IMG/VR virus record: IMGVR_UViG_3300049144_000150
Span: 1-59,425 of that record
Direction: 5' to 3' (one strand)
From: a virus
Lineage: Duplodnaviria; Caudoviricetes
DNA: 59,425 nt
The notes beneath the pieces are model-generated. The model worked only from the letters and a program-made list of their open reading frames with translations, was not told the DNA's origin and searched no databases. Made by a program: the position numbers and the translations under genes. This document shows, piece by piece, positions 46,382 to 55,987 of the stretch. Within the stretch, counting starts at the first letter, position 1; every line of letters begins with the position of its first letter.

Positions 46382-46726
46382 ATGGGGGTCAAGGACGACG
46401 CTGGGGACCAGGTCTTCGATCCGGTCGTGGACGAACTCCTCCAGGTCAAGGGCCAGATCGGCGAGGAGGCCATGCAGCGGATCCTCTCGAAGCTGGTCGG
46501 CGGCCTGCTGAGCCTGGGGTGGGGCAACGCCGACGGCACCCTCGGCGCCTACGAGGACGAGTCCAGCGTCGTGGCCGCCTTCGCCGAGCACAACGTCATG
46601 CTGGCCTGCATGTCCGAGAACGCCGAGCACGGCGGCGTGTGCGAGGAGAATCGGGGTCACTACCCCGACACCGATCACAAGGACTTCCGGGGCTGGACCT
46701 GGGGACATGAGGAGGAAGTGCAGTGA
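46382..46726 (+). CDS. Hypothetical protein with C-terminal Cys/His cluster
   Basis: GGAGG RBS, high GC3. Confidence 0.65.
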   Translation: MGVKDDAGDQVFDPVVDELLQVKGQIGEEAMQRILSKLVGGLLSLGWGNADGTLGAYEDESSVVAAFAEHNVMLACMSENAEHGGVCEENRGHYPDTDHKDFRGWTWGHEEEVQ

Positions 46727-46932
46727 GCCTGTACGACAAGATGCTCTGTTCGGGCCCGAGCGGTTGCGGGCACCCGCGCCACCAGCACACCGGCACCCAT
46801 GTGGAGGGGTCGAAGTCGGCCTGCCGCAGCAAGCTGGGGAACGGTCGGGCGACCTGTGCGTGCACCCGATTCAAGGAGGTTCAGGGCGCTTCGTCCGTTT
46901 CGAAGCGGCCCGTGGAAGCGTCGCGTGGCTGA
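46723..46932 (+). CDS. Small Cys/His-rich protein
   Basis: C..CGH...H...C...CAC..F; GAGGAGG RBS. Confidence 0.55.
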   Translation: MSLYDKMLCSGPSGCGHPRHQHTGTHVEGSKSACRSKLGNGRATCACTRFKEVQGASSVSKRPVEASRG

Positions 46933-47247
46933 CGAGCGGCAGGTGCAGGCGGGCGACGCGACCGGCAAGCTCGCTCGCCTGCTGCTCGACCTGCACCGCT
47001 GCGAGCACGGCCGCCTGGAAGGGGATCCCTGCCTCGCATGCGGCGGCCCCTCGGCAGGCAACCGGCTCCTCCCGCCCGGCACCACGATCGGGCACACCCG
47101 GTACGGGGACAGGATCGTGGTGCCTCCCTGGGAGGACCACAACGACCCGCTGAAGTGGGTCGATCAGGGCTGAAAGTGGCCTGCTGAACAGTTCGAAAGA
47201 CGGCCCACCGGGGACCTCCCGGTGGACCATTCGGAGAGGAGAAGAAC

Positions 47248-48675
47248 ATGGCAACGGACCAGCAGGCGCCCGCCTCGCGCAAGCGGCGGATCGGGCGCTC
47301 CGTAGAGGTGCAGCACGGCCGACGAGGCGTCGTCCTGATGCTTCGCCGAGGGCTGCACGGCGCCAAGAACTGGGTCCTGGAACCCGACGGAGACGGCCTT
47401 CCCCGGTCCCCGTGGACCAAGTTCCTTCGCGTGCTCGTCATCCTGGCACCGCTCTGGATCGTCCTCAGTGCGGCGACTGGCGGTCCCGAGCGGGGTGGTC
47501 ACCAGGTCGGCCTCGGGCAGGCGATCCTGTCCGCCTTGATCGTGACCCTGGTGGGCCTCGGTTTCCTGTCCGCCCGCGAGCGACGGCTGGGACGTGAGGA
47601 GCCGTGGGCGGAACTGCCTGACATCGACACGTCCGGTGACGACGCAGAGTCGACGACTCTGGTGGACCCTGCGCCGGAAAACCCCACCGAGGTTCTGGAA
47701 AACGCGCAGGTCAGCGAAGCGGGGCCTGACGGCGAGGTGGTCACCCCGGGTGACATTCCGGACGAAAGCGATCATACGTCGCAGATTTCCCCGGAAACGG
47801 CCACTCAGGTGGTCACCGCCCCCCTCGCCGAGACCTCCCCCGAGGAGGTGAGTGAATCCCCTTTTGTGCAGGTCAACGAGGGTGACCAGCAGGTGGCCGA
47901 GCCCAGCGGCAACCCGGTCACTCCGGTGGACACCTGGGCGGAAACTCCGGTGATCAATCACCACAATTCGGATCCGTTCGAAGGGGACAACCCGACGGTT
48001 CCCCTCGTTCCGGCGAAGACCGGTGGTCACCCGGTCACCGTCTCCCTGGAGAAGGCGGTAAAACCGCAGGTCATTCCGGGTGACCAGGTGGACACCGCGC
48101 CGCTCGGGGGAGGTGTTGAACCGGTCGAATCGTTCATCACGGAAAGTGACGAAGACTCCGGAGTGAAGGATTCCGGAGGATCGGTCACCCTTGTGGGCAC
48201 CCGGCCCGTGCAGGAAGTGCTGTTCCCGCAGGTCAACGCGGGCGACCGGGTGGTCACCGAGGTGGTCACCCCCCAGATGGCACTGCCTGGTCCGTACGAA
48301 GTCGCCGACGACCCGATGGCGGAGGACTGGTGGCTCGTCAAGCCGGACCAGACCGCCCCGGAGAGTGAAGAAGTCGAGCCGGTCGAGGCGCCCGAGGTGC
48401 AGCCGCCCGTCGTCGAAGAAGCGGCCCCGGTGGAGATCGCACCGGGTTCCGGTCTCGACCCTGCGGTGGTCCTGTACCGGGCCCTGCGGACGATGCCGAA
48501 CGCGACGGAGGACGAGAAGGCGGCGGCGCGTGACGGAGCTGCCGAGTGGGCCCGCCGGGAGATCCGGGCCAGGCGGCAGAGCCAGCGGTCGGCCGCCGAG
48601 ATCCTGGGGGTCAGCAAGACCACCGTGGCGAACTGGGTGGGCCACGATCCCTGGGAAGCAGTGGATGTCGGGTAG
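47248..48675 (+). CDS. Membrane-anchored HTH protein (SpdA-like spread/stability protein)
   Basis: Two N-terminal TM helices, long acidic/Pro linker, C-terminal HTH SQRSAAEILGVSKTTVANW; internal GGTSACC repeats. Confidence 0.7.
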   Translation: MATDQQAPASRKRRIGRSVEVQHGRRGVVLMLRRGLHGAKNWVLEPDGDGLPRSPWTKFLRVLVILAPLWIVLSAATGGPERGGHQVGLGQAILSALIVTLVGLGFLSARERRLGREEPWAELPDIDTSGDDAESTTLVDPAPENPTEVLENAQVSEAGPDGEVVTPGDIPDESDHTSQISPETATQVVTAPLAETSPEEVSESPFVQVNEGDQQVAEPSGNPVTPVDTWAETPVINHHNSDPFEGDNPTVPLVPAKTGGHPVTVSLEKAVKPQVIPGDQVDTAPLGGGVEPVESFITESDEDSGVKDSGGSVTLVGTRPVQEVLFPQVNAGDRVVTEVVTPQMALPGPYEVADDPMAEDWWLVKPDQTAPESEEVEPVEAPEVQPPVVEEAAPVEIAPGSGLDPAVVLYRALRTMPNATEDEKAAARDGAAEWARREIRARRQSQRSAAEILGVSKTTVANWVGHDPWEAVDVG

Positions 48676-48775
48676 GCCACCCGCAGTGGCCTACCGAGAG
48701 GGGCGCCGGACATGGTTACGGCGCCCCTTCTGCGTACCCTGATCCCTGACACAGGCCATACGGAAAGGCACGGCG

Positions 48776-49207
48776 ATGAGCGACACGACTTTCGACCGAA
48801 GCGTCCTCGGTTTCGAGGCCGCCAGGCTTCTCGAAACGCTCCTGGAGCGCGCCGGGGAGGACGGCCGGGTGCAGATCTCCACTGCGGCCCTCCAGAAGGC
48901 GTCTGGCCTCACTCAGGGCGCCCTGATACGGGCGCGTACCGAGCTGACCCAGCACGGCCTGCTGCGCACCGAGAGCGGCTTCTCGGCGAACGGGCTGAGG
49001 GGTGCCAACGTGTACTCCCTCGACCTGGTGGCGCTGGGGCCCGTTTCCTCCACCCTTCCGGACGGCGAACCGGTGCAGAACCGGACACACGAAGCGTCCG
49101 TAACGCCACTGCCTGGAGCTTCGGAGGTTCGTCCGGCTTCCGAGGGCGGCGACCGGGTCCGATCAGGGTTCCTCGCCCGTCTGTTCCGGCGCTCGCGGGC
49201 CTCCTGA
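48776..49207 (+). CDS. Winged-HTH protein
   Basis: ISTAALQKASGLTQGALIRARTELTQHGLL...ANVYSL. Confidence 0.7.
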   Translation: MSDTTFDRSVLGFEAARLLETLLERAGEDGRVQISTAALQKASGLTQGALIRARTELTQHGLLRTESGFSANGLRGANVYSLDLVALGPVSSTLPDGEPVQNRTHEASVTPLPGASEVRPASEGGDRVRSGFLARLFRRSRAS

Positions 49208-49375
49208 TCGACGAACGAGGCTTCCGTGTCGCTGGAATCCCTGGAACGAGAGCAGGCGATTCTGCTGTCGAATCGGACGAACCGGGGCGAAGCGATGCGA
49301 CAAGAGTCAACGCATCCCCGCGAAGGGGGTCGAATCGGACAGAACGTTTTCTGGAAGGCGCGAACCCCGTTTTGC

Positions 49376-49404
49376 TTGACACGGCCTAGGCCATCTGGAA
49401 GAGT
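49376..49404 (+). promoter_or_regulatory. Promoter with GGCCTAGGCC operator
   Basis: TTGACA-17 bp-AAGAGT, same architecture as 20371-20399; palindrome at 49383-49392. Confidence 0.7.
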
Positions 49405-49455
49405 CATGCGCAACGCCCCTTCGCGGGGGTTTTCGGAAAAGGGAGAAGTGGAAAA

Positions 49456-50598
49456 GTGGCCGAGACGGTGAACGAGACGAAGCCGGAAAAGACGGAAACG
49501 AAGGGCCGCAGGAAGTTCAGTCCTCTCGTCCTCCTCGCGTCGATCCTCTCGCTGGGGTCGCTGATCTGGACGACCTACTCGCTCCTCGACTTCTTCCAGG
49601 ACGGCGGCATCGACCCGGCGACCTTCGACTGGAAGGACGTCAGCATCGTCGGCCTCTCGGCGGCTGCCACGGCCGACATCGCATGGAGCCTGACGATGTT
49701 CGCCCAGTACCGGGGAACGCGCCTCATGGTCCGCAAGGCGTGGGGGAAGAAGAAGTTCGAGGTGGACATCCTCCCGGCCATCGGGTGGATCGAGGTGCTG
49801 TTCGTGGCGGCCTTGCTCTTCGCTCACGGCAAGGACGTCGGAGGTGGCGAGGCGGCGTTCGCGGCGGTCCTGCCGATCCTGACCAAGTTCTCCTGGATGG
49901 TGGCCCTGGCCGACCTGAAGGACCCCTCGGAACTGACCGAGGAGGAGAAGCAGGAGATCGCCGAGATGGAGCGCGAGTCCCGGCGCACGAAGGCGCGGAT
50001 GGAGGCCACGGCCAAGAAGCACCAGGCCGAGATGGAGCAGAAGCGCCGGGAGAACGAGGCCAAGCTGGAGGACAAGAAGCTCGCGAACGAGATGATGCTC
50101 CTCGACAAGGAGGCCGACTTCAGCATCAAGGAGCTGGAGCTGCGCCAGGAGAACCGGCTCAAGGCCCTGGACATCTCCCTGAAGGCGGAACTCCGGATGA
50201 GCGAGCTGGACGCTCGGGCGCAGGTCGACATCAAGCGCGAGGACCACGACTGGGAGATGAGCCTGCGGCGCCCGCGCACGATCTCCGGACAGGTCATCCC
50301 GCAGCGCGGCCTGGCGCAGTCGTCCTCCATGCTGGAGATCGAGGGTGCGCAGCAGGATGTGGAGCCGGATTTTCTCGACCTGGCCAAGCTGGGTCTGAGT
50401 CCGGCCGAGCAGAGGCGGGCGCAGATGGCCCGTGACTACTACACGGCCGACGCCCTGCACAACGGCACCGTGACCAAGGCGGCCTTCGCCAAGGCCAACG
50501 GCATCAACCCGCCCCGCGTGACCGAAGCGACCAAGGACTTCCCGGTCGAGTGGTTCTTCGAGCACGGGCTGGCCACTTGGACGTCCCCCCAGGGCTGA
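49456..50598 (+). CDS. SpdB2-like multi-TM coiled-coil spread protein
   Basis: About four TM helices followed by a long coiled coil and a C-terminal HTH-like segment. Confidence 0.65.
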   Translation: MAETVNETKPEKTETKGRRKFSPLVLLASILSLGSLIWTTYSLLDFFQDGGIDPATFDWKDVSIVGLSAAATADIAWSLTMFAQYRGTRLMVRKAWGKKKFEVDILPAIGWIEVLFVAALLFAHGKDVGGGEAAFAAVLPILTKFSWMVALADLKDPSELTEEEKQEIAEMERESRRTKARMEATAKKHQAEMEQKRRENEAKLEDKKLANEMMLLDKEADFSIKELELRQENRLKALDISLKAELRMSELDARAQVDIKREDHDWEMSLRRPRTISGQVIPQRGLAQSSSMLEIEGAQQDVEPDFLDLAKLGLSPAEQRRAQMARDYYTADALHNGTVTKAAFAKANGINPPRVTEATKDFPVEWFFEHGLATWTSPQG

Positions 50599-50707
50599 CA
50601 GTGCAACGTGGCCCAGAACACGGAACCCCCCTCTTCGGAGGGGGGTTCCTGCTTTTCAACTTCCCTGTAGCCTAGAGATGTTGGCACTTTTTGGAGAGGA
50701 GAGAGGC

Positions 50708-51016
50708 ATGAGTTGGCGCATCGAAGCGTCCGGCGCGAAGGGCGCCAACCGAGTGACCATCGAACCCGTTTCTGACGACAGCCCCAACAGCGAGATCAAG
50801 CACGTTCGCATCCGGGTCACACCGCGAACCGGGGAGCTGCCGACCATGCCGTTCTTCCCGGAAGGCATGGTCTACACGGACCGGATCGGCATGGAGTACA
50901 CCATCCTGTCCTCTCGGGTCAGAGAGGTGGGGGCCGACGACGGGGAGCGGTCCATCTGGGTCTACGACTACCTCGCGGCTATGGGGGCTCACACCCTGAC
51001 GGGGCCCCGTATCTGA
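50708..51016 (+). CDS. Hypothetical protein
   Basis: GGAGAGAGG RBS, ATG 50708. Confidence 0.6.
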   Translation: MSWRIEASGAKGANRVTIEPVSDDSPNSEIKHVRIRVTPRTGELPTMPFFPEGMVYTDRIGMEYTILSSRVREVGADDGERSIWVYDYLAAMGAHTLTGPRI

Positions 51017-51077
51017 GCCGCACTTCGGAAAGGGAAAGGAACGTGACGATGAAGGGTGAGACGGCGGTGTTTCCGTC

Positions 51078-51287
51078 GTGATGGAGAAGGCTGTCATATG
51101 GGCCGTACAGAAGGCGGTCGAGGACGTTGACGACAGCGTGGCCATGGCTGCCTTGTTGGGTGCCGGACTGGACAGTGCGACGTTCGTGGCTCTCGGTGTC
51201 GACTCGAAGACTGCCGTTGTTGCGGGTGCCGCGACCGGCGCCGGGATGAAGATCTGCAAGAAGCTCCGGGAAGGGGAGAAGCAGTGA
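51078..51287 (+). CDS. Small hydrophobic Ala/Gly-rich protein
   Basis: GTGA overlap with next gene. Confidence 0.45.
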   Translation: MMEKAVIWAVQKAVEDVDDSVAMAALLGAGLDSATFVALGVDSKTAVVAGAATGAGMKICKKLREGEKQ

Positions 51288-52000
51288 CGGTCGACTGGTG
51301 GAGCACTCAACCCGCCGTAGAGCCGGAGAAGCAGGAGTCTGCCGACTCTGCACCCCCGACTCCGCCCCGCATGCCCGAGCTTCCCCCCGAGCCCGCGTCT
51401 GCGCCCTCGGCTCCGCCCGAACCGGTTCACGAGGCGGACGAAGAGGCGTCGTCGAAGCGGGCGCGCGGCATGGCCGTGAAGGTGATGGGCGGGGTCGTCG
51501 GGGCAATGGCTGTCGGTGCTCTGATCTTCAACGCCTCTTCCGGCGGTGGTGAGCAGAACCCCTCGACGGTCGCATCGGCCGAGCAGGGGGAAGAGCTGCC
51601 GCCTGCCGGGGGTGCGATTCAGGATGGTGACCTCCCGGCCGCCGGGGGCGGTCCCCAGTCGCCCCGACAGGAAGAGGGGCCGGTCCGGCAGACGCAGCAG
51701 CCCGTCCATCATGGAGTGACGCTCTCGGCCAGCCCTCACGGCAAGGGCAGCGTCGGCGCGGTCGTGAAGATCTCCGTTCGCAACGACACCGAGAAGCCGC
51801 TGACCCTGATGGCCACGCTGGTACGCGGTGACGGCAGGTCGGGCATCGTGGGCGAAGGCACCCTGGCGCCCGGATCCCGGGTTGTGGAGCCGGGAGGAAC
51901 GGCGGAGGGTACAGTCGAGTTCTCCGCAGCGACGGCCCCGCACCAGGTGGCGCTCGTCGACCTTTCGGGCAACATCGTCGCCCTGAGCGCCGATGGCTGA
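51284..52000 (+). CDS. Single-TM protein with extracellular Ig-like domain
   Basis: Pro-rich N-terminus, TM helix, VKISVRND...GTAEGTVEF beta-sandwich pattern. Confidence 0.65.
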   Translation: MTVDWWSTQPAVEPEKQESADSAPPTPPRMPELPPEPASAPSAPPEPVHEADEEASSKRARGMAVKVMGGVVGAMAVGALIFNASSGGGEQNPSTVASAEQGEELPPAGGAIQDGDLPAAGGGPQSPRQEEGPVRQTQQPVHHGVTLSASPHGKGSVGAVVKISVRNDTEKPLTLMATLVRGDGRSGIVGEGTLAPGSRVVEPGGTAEGTVEFSAATAPHQVALVDLSGNIVALSADG

Positions 52001-52208
52001 CCGAACGCCCCTGAGCGCCGAGGAGTTGCGGCGCATGGCGAAGTACCAGGCGGGTCTGATACTCGACTCGAACCTGAATCACTGGGAGCCTGAAGAGTTG
52101 ATGGCCGAGCTGAGCGAGGACGACTTCGACTACCTCGTCACGGAGATCTCGGCCATCGCGACCCGCCTGATACGGCAGGGCGGCGGTTCGACGAGTCGAC
52201 GTGTCTGA
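51993..52208 (+). CDS. Small hypothetical protein
   Basis: Overlaps the previous stop; high GC3. Confidence 0.55.
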   Translation: MADRTPLSAEELRRMAKYQAGLILDSNLNHWEPEELMAELSEDDFDYLVTEISAIATRLIRQGGGSTSRRV

Positions 52209-52330
52209 AAGTTTCTCATCTCTGTCCGAAATCAGCCGAGACGAGAACGCATATGCGGACTACGTTGTCCGTCGTGAGCTAGTACGCGATCGGCTCGCCA
52301 GCTAGTTCGCCGGAAAGGGGAAGAAGTGAA

Positions 52331-53065
52331 ATGACATCCAAGGTGGAGCGCGTGCCGCCTCCCTTCGCGCAGATCGCGGAGAGGTTCCGTACGCAGATCC
52401 GGGAAGGCGTCCTGGAGCAGGGCGCCCAACTCCCCTCCATCGTGGCCATCGCCCGGGAAGCCGGGGTCGCCACAGCGACCGCCTCCAAGGCGATCCAGCA
52501 GCTTCAGCGGGAGGGGTATGTTCTTACCTCGAACCAGGGCACCTTCGTCGACTTGCGAAAAAACCTGACACAGGGTTCCGATCGCCTTCAAATGCTGCGC
52601 GTGTCGGGAAGCGGTCTTCGCTCTGGGGAACGCGTCGACATCGTCGGCGCCGGACTCACCAGGGCCCCGAACGAAGTCGCCTTCGCGCTCGACGTTCCGT
52701 CTGGCGGTGATGCAGCCTGGCGGCGAAGGGTCTACCTCGACGACGAGGGCGTCATGACGGTGTCCACGTCCTGGCTTCCGAAGAATCTGGCGGAGTCTCT
52801 GCCGGAATTACTGGATCCGTCTCCGCTCCCGAAAATGACATTCGGTCTGGTCGAAGAGCGAACCGGGAGACGTGTCGTTCGACGAAGCGACACTGTGGCC
52901 ATCAGGTCCGTTCCGGCCGACGTCGCCCCTCACCTCGGCGTCGAACCCGGACAACCGGCCCTGACGATGGTCAATCGCTACTGGGATCAGAACGGCGATC
53001 CCGTCGAGTTCGCCCTGGACTTCTACGGGGCAGGAAGGGAGCTGTCTGCCGAACACAACCTCTGA
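52331..53065 (+). CDS. GntR/HutC-family regulator with UTRA domain (KorSA/TraR-like); contains a TTA codon
   Basis: PPFAQIAERFR..I..G.L..G.QLPS...GVATATASKA; UTRA C-terminus; in-frame TTA at 52808-52810. Confidence 0.92.
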   Translation: MTSKVERVPPPFAQIAERFRTQIREGVLEQGAQLPSIVAIAREAGVATATASKAIQQLQREGYVLTSNQGTFVDLRKNLTQGSDRLQMLRVSGSGLRSGERVDIVGAGLTRAPNEVAFALDVPSGGDAAWRRRVYLDDEGVMTVSTSWLPKNLAESLPELLDPSPLPKMTFGLVEERTGRRVVRRSDTVAIRSVPADVAPHLGVEPGQPALTMVNRYWDQNGDPVEFALDFYGAGRELSAEHNL

Positions 53066-53151
53066 TGTGCACGGGAAAGGCCCGGTCGCAGGGTTGTGGC
53101 CTCCCTGCGACCGGGCCTCCCGTCGCGGTACATCGGCTTGTCGTCTCCCTT

Positions 53152-53901
53152 TCACAGCGCGCTGTGAAAGGACACCGACCTGCTGCCGTCGAACACCTTC
53201 ACGGCAACCTCGACCGTCTTGCCGTTCGCCAGGAGAACCCGGCGGGCGAGCTGAGTGACGACGTTGTACGCCCCGCCCAGCTCCAGCAGTTCACGCTCAC
53301 GGTCGGTCGCCAGACGCGACGTCACGATGGTGACGACGTCCTTCTGCTTGGAGCCCATGCGCTCGGCGGCCAGCTCTCGGGATCCCGAAGGGATCGACTG
53401 AGGGCGCCGCAACTCCGGGGTACGCTCCGTCACTTCCGGCGGGTAGTACGAGTACCCCGTCGCCACCGGCCTCTCCTGGCCGTCTTCGCTCGACAGCAGG
53501 TTCAGTCGGGTGCGGCACAGCACCTCGGCACCCGGCTCGACCCCCAGGTAGGGGGCGACGTCCACCGGGCACGGAACCATCTCGACGGACAGGATCCGCG
53601 TAGTCTCCTTTTCGCCGAGGGCCCGTCCGTTCGCCGCGTGGTTTTCCACCCTGTTCTGCACGGTCGCCGTGCGCTGCGAGATGTCCGCAATCACCGGGGG
53701 CCGGTTGCCGTCGGACGGCTCCAGATACCCCTCGGCAGTCAGCAGCTCCATGACCTTGTCGATCGTGGCGCGCGACGTCTTGTGGACCTTCACGAGCTTG
53801 CGGCGCGAGTCGAGAGTAGTACCGGGAACCAGCTCGCCGGACGTCACCTTCGCCCGGTAAAGCTGGGCAATAGCCCGGTACTTGGGGATCTGCTCGCTCA
53901 C
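53152..53901 (-). CDS. Second GntR/HutC-family regulator with UTRA domain (KorSA/TraR-like)
   Basis: PKYRAIAQ...GELVPG...SRATIDKVM; UTRA C-terminus; GGCCTAGGCC at 53925-53934 in its upstream region. Confidence 0.92.
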   Translation of the reverse strand: MSEQIPKYRAIAQLYRAKVTSGELVPGTTLDSRRKLVKVHKTSRATIDKVMELLTAEGYLEPSDGNRPPVIADISQRTATVQNRVENHAANGRALGEKETTRILSVEMVPCPVDVAPYLGVEPGAEVLCRTRLNLLSSEDGQERPVATGYSYYPPEVTERTPELRRPQSIPSGSRELAAERMGSKQKDVVTIVTSRLATDRERELLELGGAYNVVTQLARRVLLANGKTVEVAVKVFDGSRSVSFHSAL

Positions 53902-54143
53902 GTTCTCTCCTCACCTTCACTTGTGGCCTAGGCCGTATTGTGTCATGCTGGAGTCCACGGCGCCAGTCAAGACGATGGGGCCGTGAAGCATGGCAACGAG
54001 GAGGGCTGGAATCTTGCGGTTCTGGAAGAAGACCAACCTCTCTTTCACGGATTGACCCTGCTCAGGGTATCGCCAGCCTAGGCCAATCCGTGAGGAGGGT
54101 ACCGGACCGACTTTCAGCCATCTCCTCATCGGGAAGGAGGGAC

Positions 54144-55055
54144 GTGACCGCGCCGGTCAATGCTCCGCCGAGACCGACACACGCTCCCGACGTGCACTTG
54201 AAGAACCCGGGGAAGCGGAAGCCTCCGCGCACCCTGAAGGGCGACCTCAAGGCACTGAAGGGAAAGGCGCTCTCGGTCCACTCCAAGTGGACCGAGGGAC
54301 GGAAGTCGGTCGAGAACAAGAAGGAAAAGGTCCGAAGGGAAGCCGGGGAAATCCTGGCCCCCGCGAAGCAGAAAGTCAGCGAGGAAAAGAAGATCGCTGG
54401 CGAGGTGATGAAGCCGGTCCTCCAGGCCGCCGTGACCGCCAAAAAGGCGCTCGATCCGGCCAACGGAAAGACTCGGCCGTACGTCACCTCGTTCATGATC
54501 TCCCTGGTGGTGTCGTGGGTCCTCAGCCCGCAGATCCTGCTGGCGCTCTACGAGCGCGTCAGGTTCGGAACCAGCACCACTGGCTGGGGTTTCTTGCAAG
54601 GCCCCGGGCGCTGGTTCCGTGACACCGTCGGCATGGCCTATGAGACCGGACAGATGACGGGGCTGATCGCCTCCGCCATCATCGGGCTCGCGCCGATGAT
54701 CCTCACGAGCACCCGGAACGTGGCGGCAAACCACATCGCCCAGTCGTCCTACCAGGGCAAGGCTTCGGCGTTCGCCCTCAAGTGGCTGGGGAGGCTGCCG
54801 TACGCGGTACCCGTCATCTACCTGACGGGGGTGGCCTACCCGGAGTACGTCACCGCGTGGTTCGGCCACGCGTGGACGCTCGCTTGGTGGCAGTTCTGGG
54901 TCGCTGGCCTTTTCTGCCTCGCGTACTACTGCACGATGTGGGTGTTCGACCGAGTCGAAAAGGGTTTGGGACTGGGGTATTTCCACGTACTCCTCATGGT
55001 CCCGCTGGCCTCGCTCGTCTCGGGTGTTCTCTACGCTCCGGGCGCTGCCTGGTGA
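54144..55055 (+). CDS. Multi-TM membrane protein, probably transfer-associated
   Basis: GGAAGGAGG RBS; basic N-terminus plus about five TM helices; AGCCTAGGCC at 54075-54084 upstream. Confidence 0.7.
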   Translation: MTAPVNAPPRPTHAPDVHLKNPGKRKPPRTLKGDLKALKGKALSVHSKWTEGRKSVENKKEKVRREAGEILAPAKQKVSEEKKIAGEVMKPVLQAAVTAKKALDPANGKTRPYVTSFMISLVVSWVLSPQILLALYERVRFGTSTTGWGFLQGPGRWFRDTVGMAYETGQMTGLIASAIIGLAPMILTSTRNVAANHIAQSSYQGKASAFALKWLGRLPYAVPVIYLTGVAYPEYVTAWFGHAWTLAWWQFWVAGLFCLAYYCTMWVFDRVEKGLGLGYFHVLLMVPLASLVSGVLYAPGAAW

Positions 55056-55063
55056 TGCAAGGG

Positions 55064-55109
55064 GCCCCTGCCGCGTGGCGGGAAACCGGTTCGAAACCGG
55101 TCAGGGGTG
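55064..55109 (+). ncRNA. tRNA-like mini-element (acceptor stem plus T arm) in an intergenic spacer
   Basis: GCCCCTG/CAGGGGT stem, CCGC/GCGG hairpin, ACCGG-TTCGAAA-CCGGT. Confidence 0.5.
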
Positions 55110-55259
55110 CGAGCGACAAAGGGTCGCCGGAAAGGGGATGAGTCGTGATCCGAAAGGACGACGGCCACGGTGGGATGCCGATCCTGACTCCCGCCCGTCC
55201 CGGTCGATGAAGGGAGAGGGGGCGCTTCGTTGCGCCCCCTCCGAGAAGGAGAGGCACAG

Positions 55260-55826
55260 GTGAACCTGGCCATACAGCAGCAGCAGATCAATATCCCGGA
55301 GAACTCCTGGGCTGGCCACATGTCGATGGCCGGTTTCGGGATCATCCTCCTGGTGATCTCGATCCTCTGCATCAAGGGCAACAAGAAGGGCGTTCCGATG
55401 GGTCCCTGGGGTCCCATGTGGGGGGCCCTGATGGACAAGACCGTAACCAAGCCGACCGGGCGCCTCATGGCGAAGCACGGTGGAAGCGGCGAAGGGTTCG
55501 ACTGGAAGTCCCTGATGACATTCCTCATCGGAATGTGGGCTATGACGTCGATCCTCAGCTCTTCCCCCGGCACCGTCCTGTCGCTGGTCGAATGGTTCCA
55601 GGATCTGGTCTTGAACCTGGCCAACTGGCCGATCTTGCAGGACATCGGGGCGGGCGGCATCTGCCTGTTCCTCGGCTTCCTCGCCATGCGGAACAAGGAC
55701 GACGACAAGGCCGACCTCATCTACGGCTCGGTCTGCGGCTTCTTCTTCCCGCTCGGCGGCGGCGTCTTCGCCGAGATCACGCTCTGGATCGGCAACTGGA
55801 TCCCGCAGATCATGCAGCTCGGCTGA
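55260..55826 (+). CDS. Multi-TM membrane protein
   Basis: AAGGAGAGG RBS; about four hydrophobic helices. Confidence 0.75.
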   Translation: MNLAIQQQQINIPENSWAGHMSMAGFGIILLVISILCIKGNKKGVPMGPWGPMWGALMDKTVTKPTGRLMAKHGGSGEGFDWKSLMTFLIGMWAMTSILSSSPGTVLSLVEWFQDLVLNLANWPILQDIGAGGICLFLGFLAMRNKDDDKADLIYGSVCGFFFPLGGGVFAEITLWIGNWIPQIMQLG

Positions 55827-55987
55827 ACGGACCCGGAAGCGGCCCGACCTCCAACCCGGAGGCGGGCCGCTTCGGCGTTTCCGGACTCTCTCCCTGTCCT
55901 GCTTTTTCAAGAGTCTTGTTCTACCGCCTTGTTAGATGGCCTAGGCCGTTGTTATGGTGGATGCAGCAACCAGGAAAGGAGGAGGGA

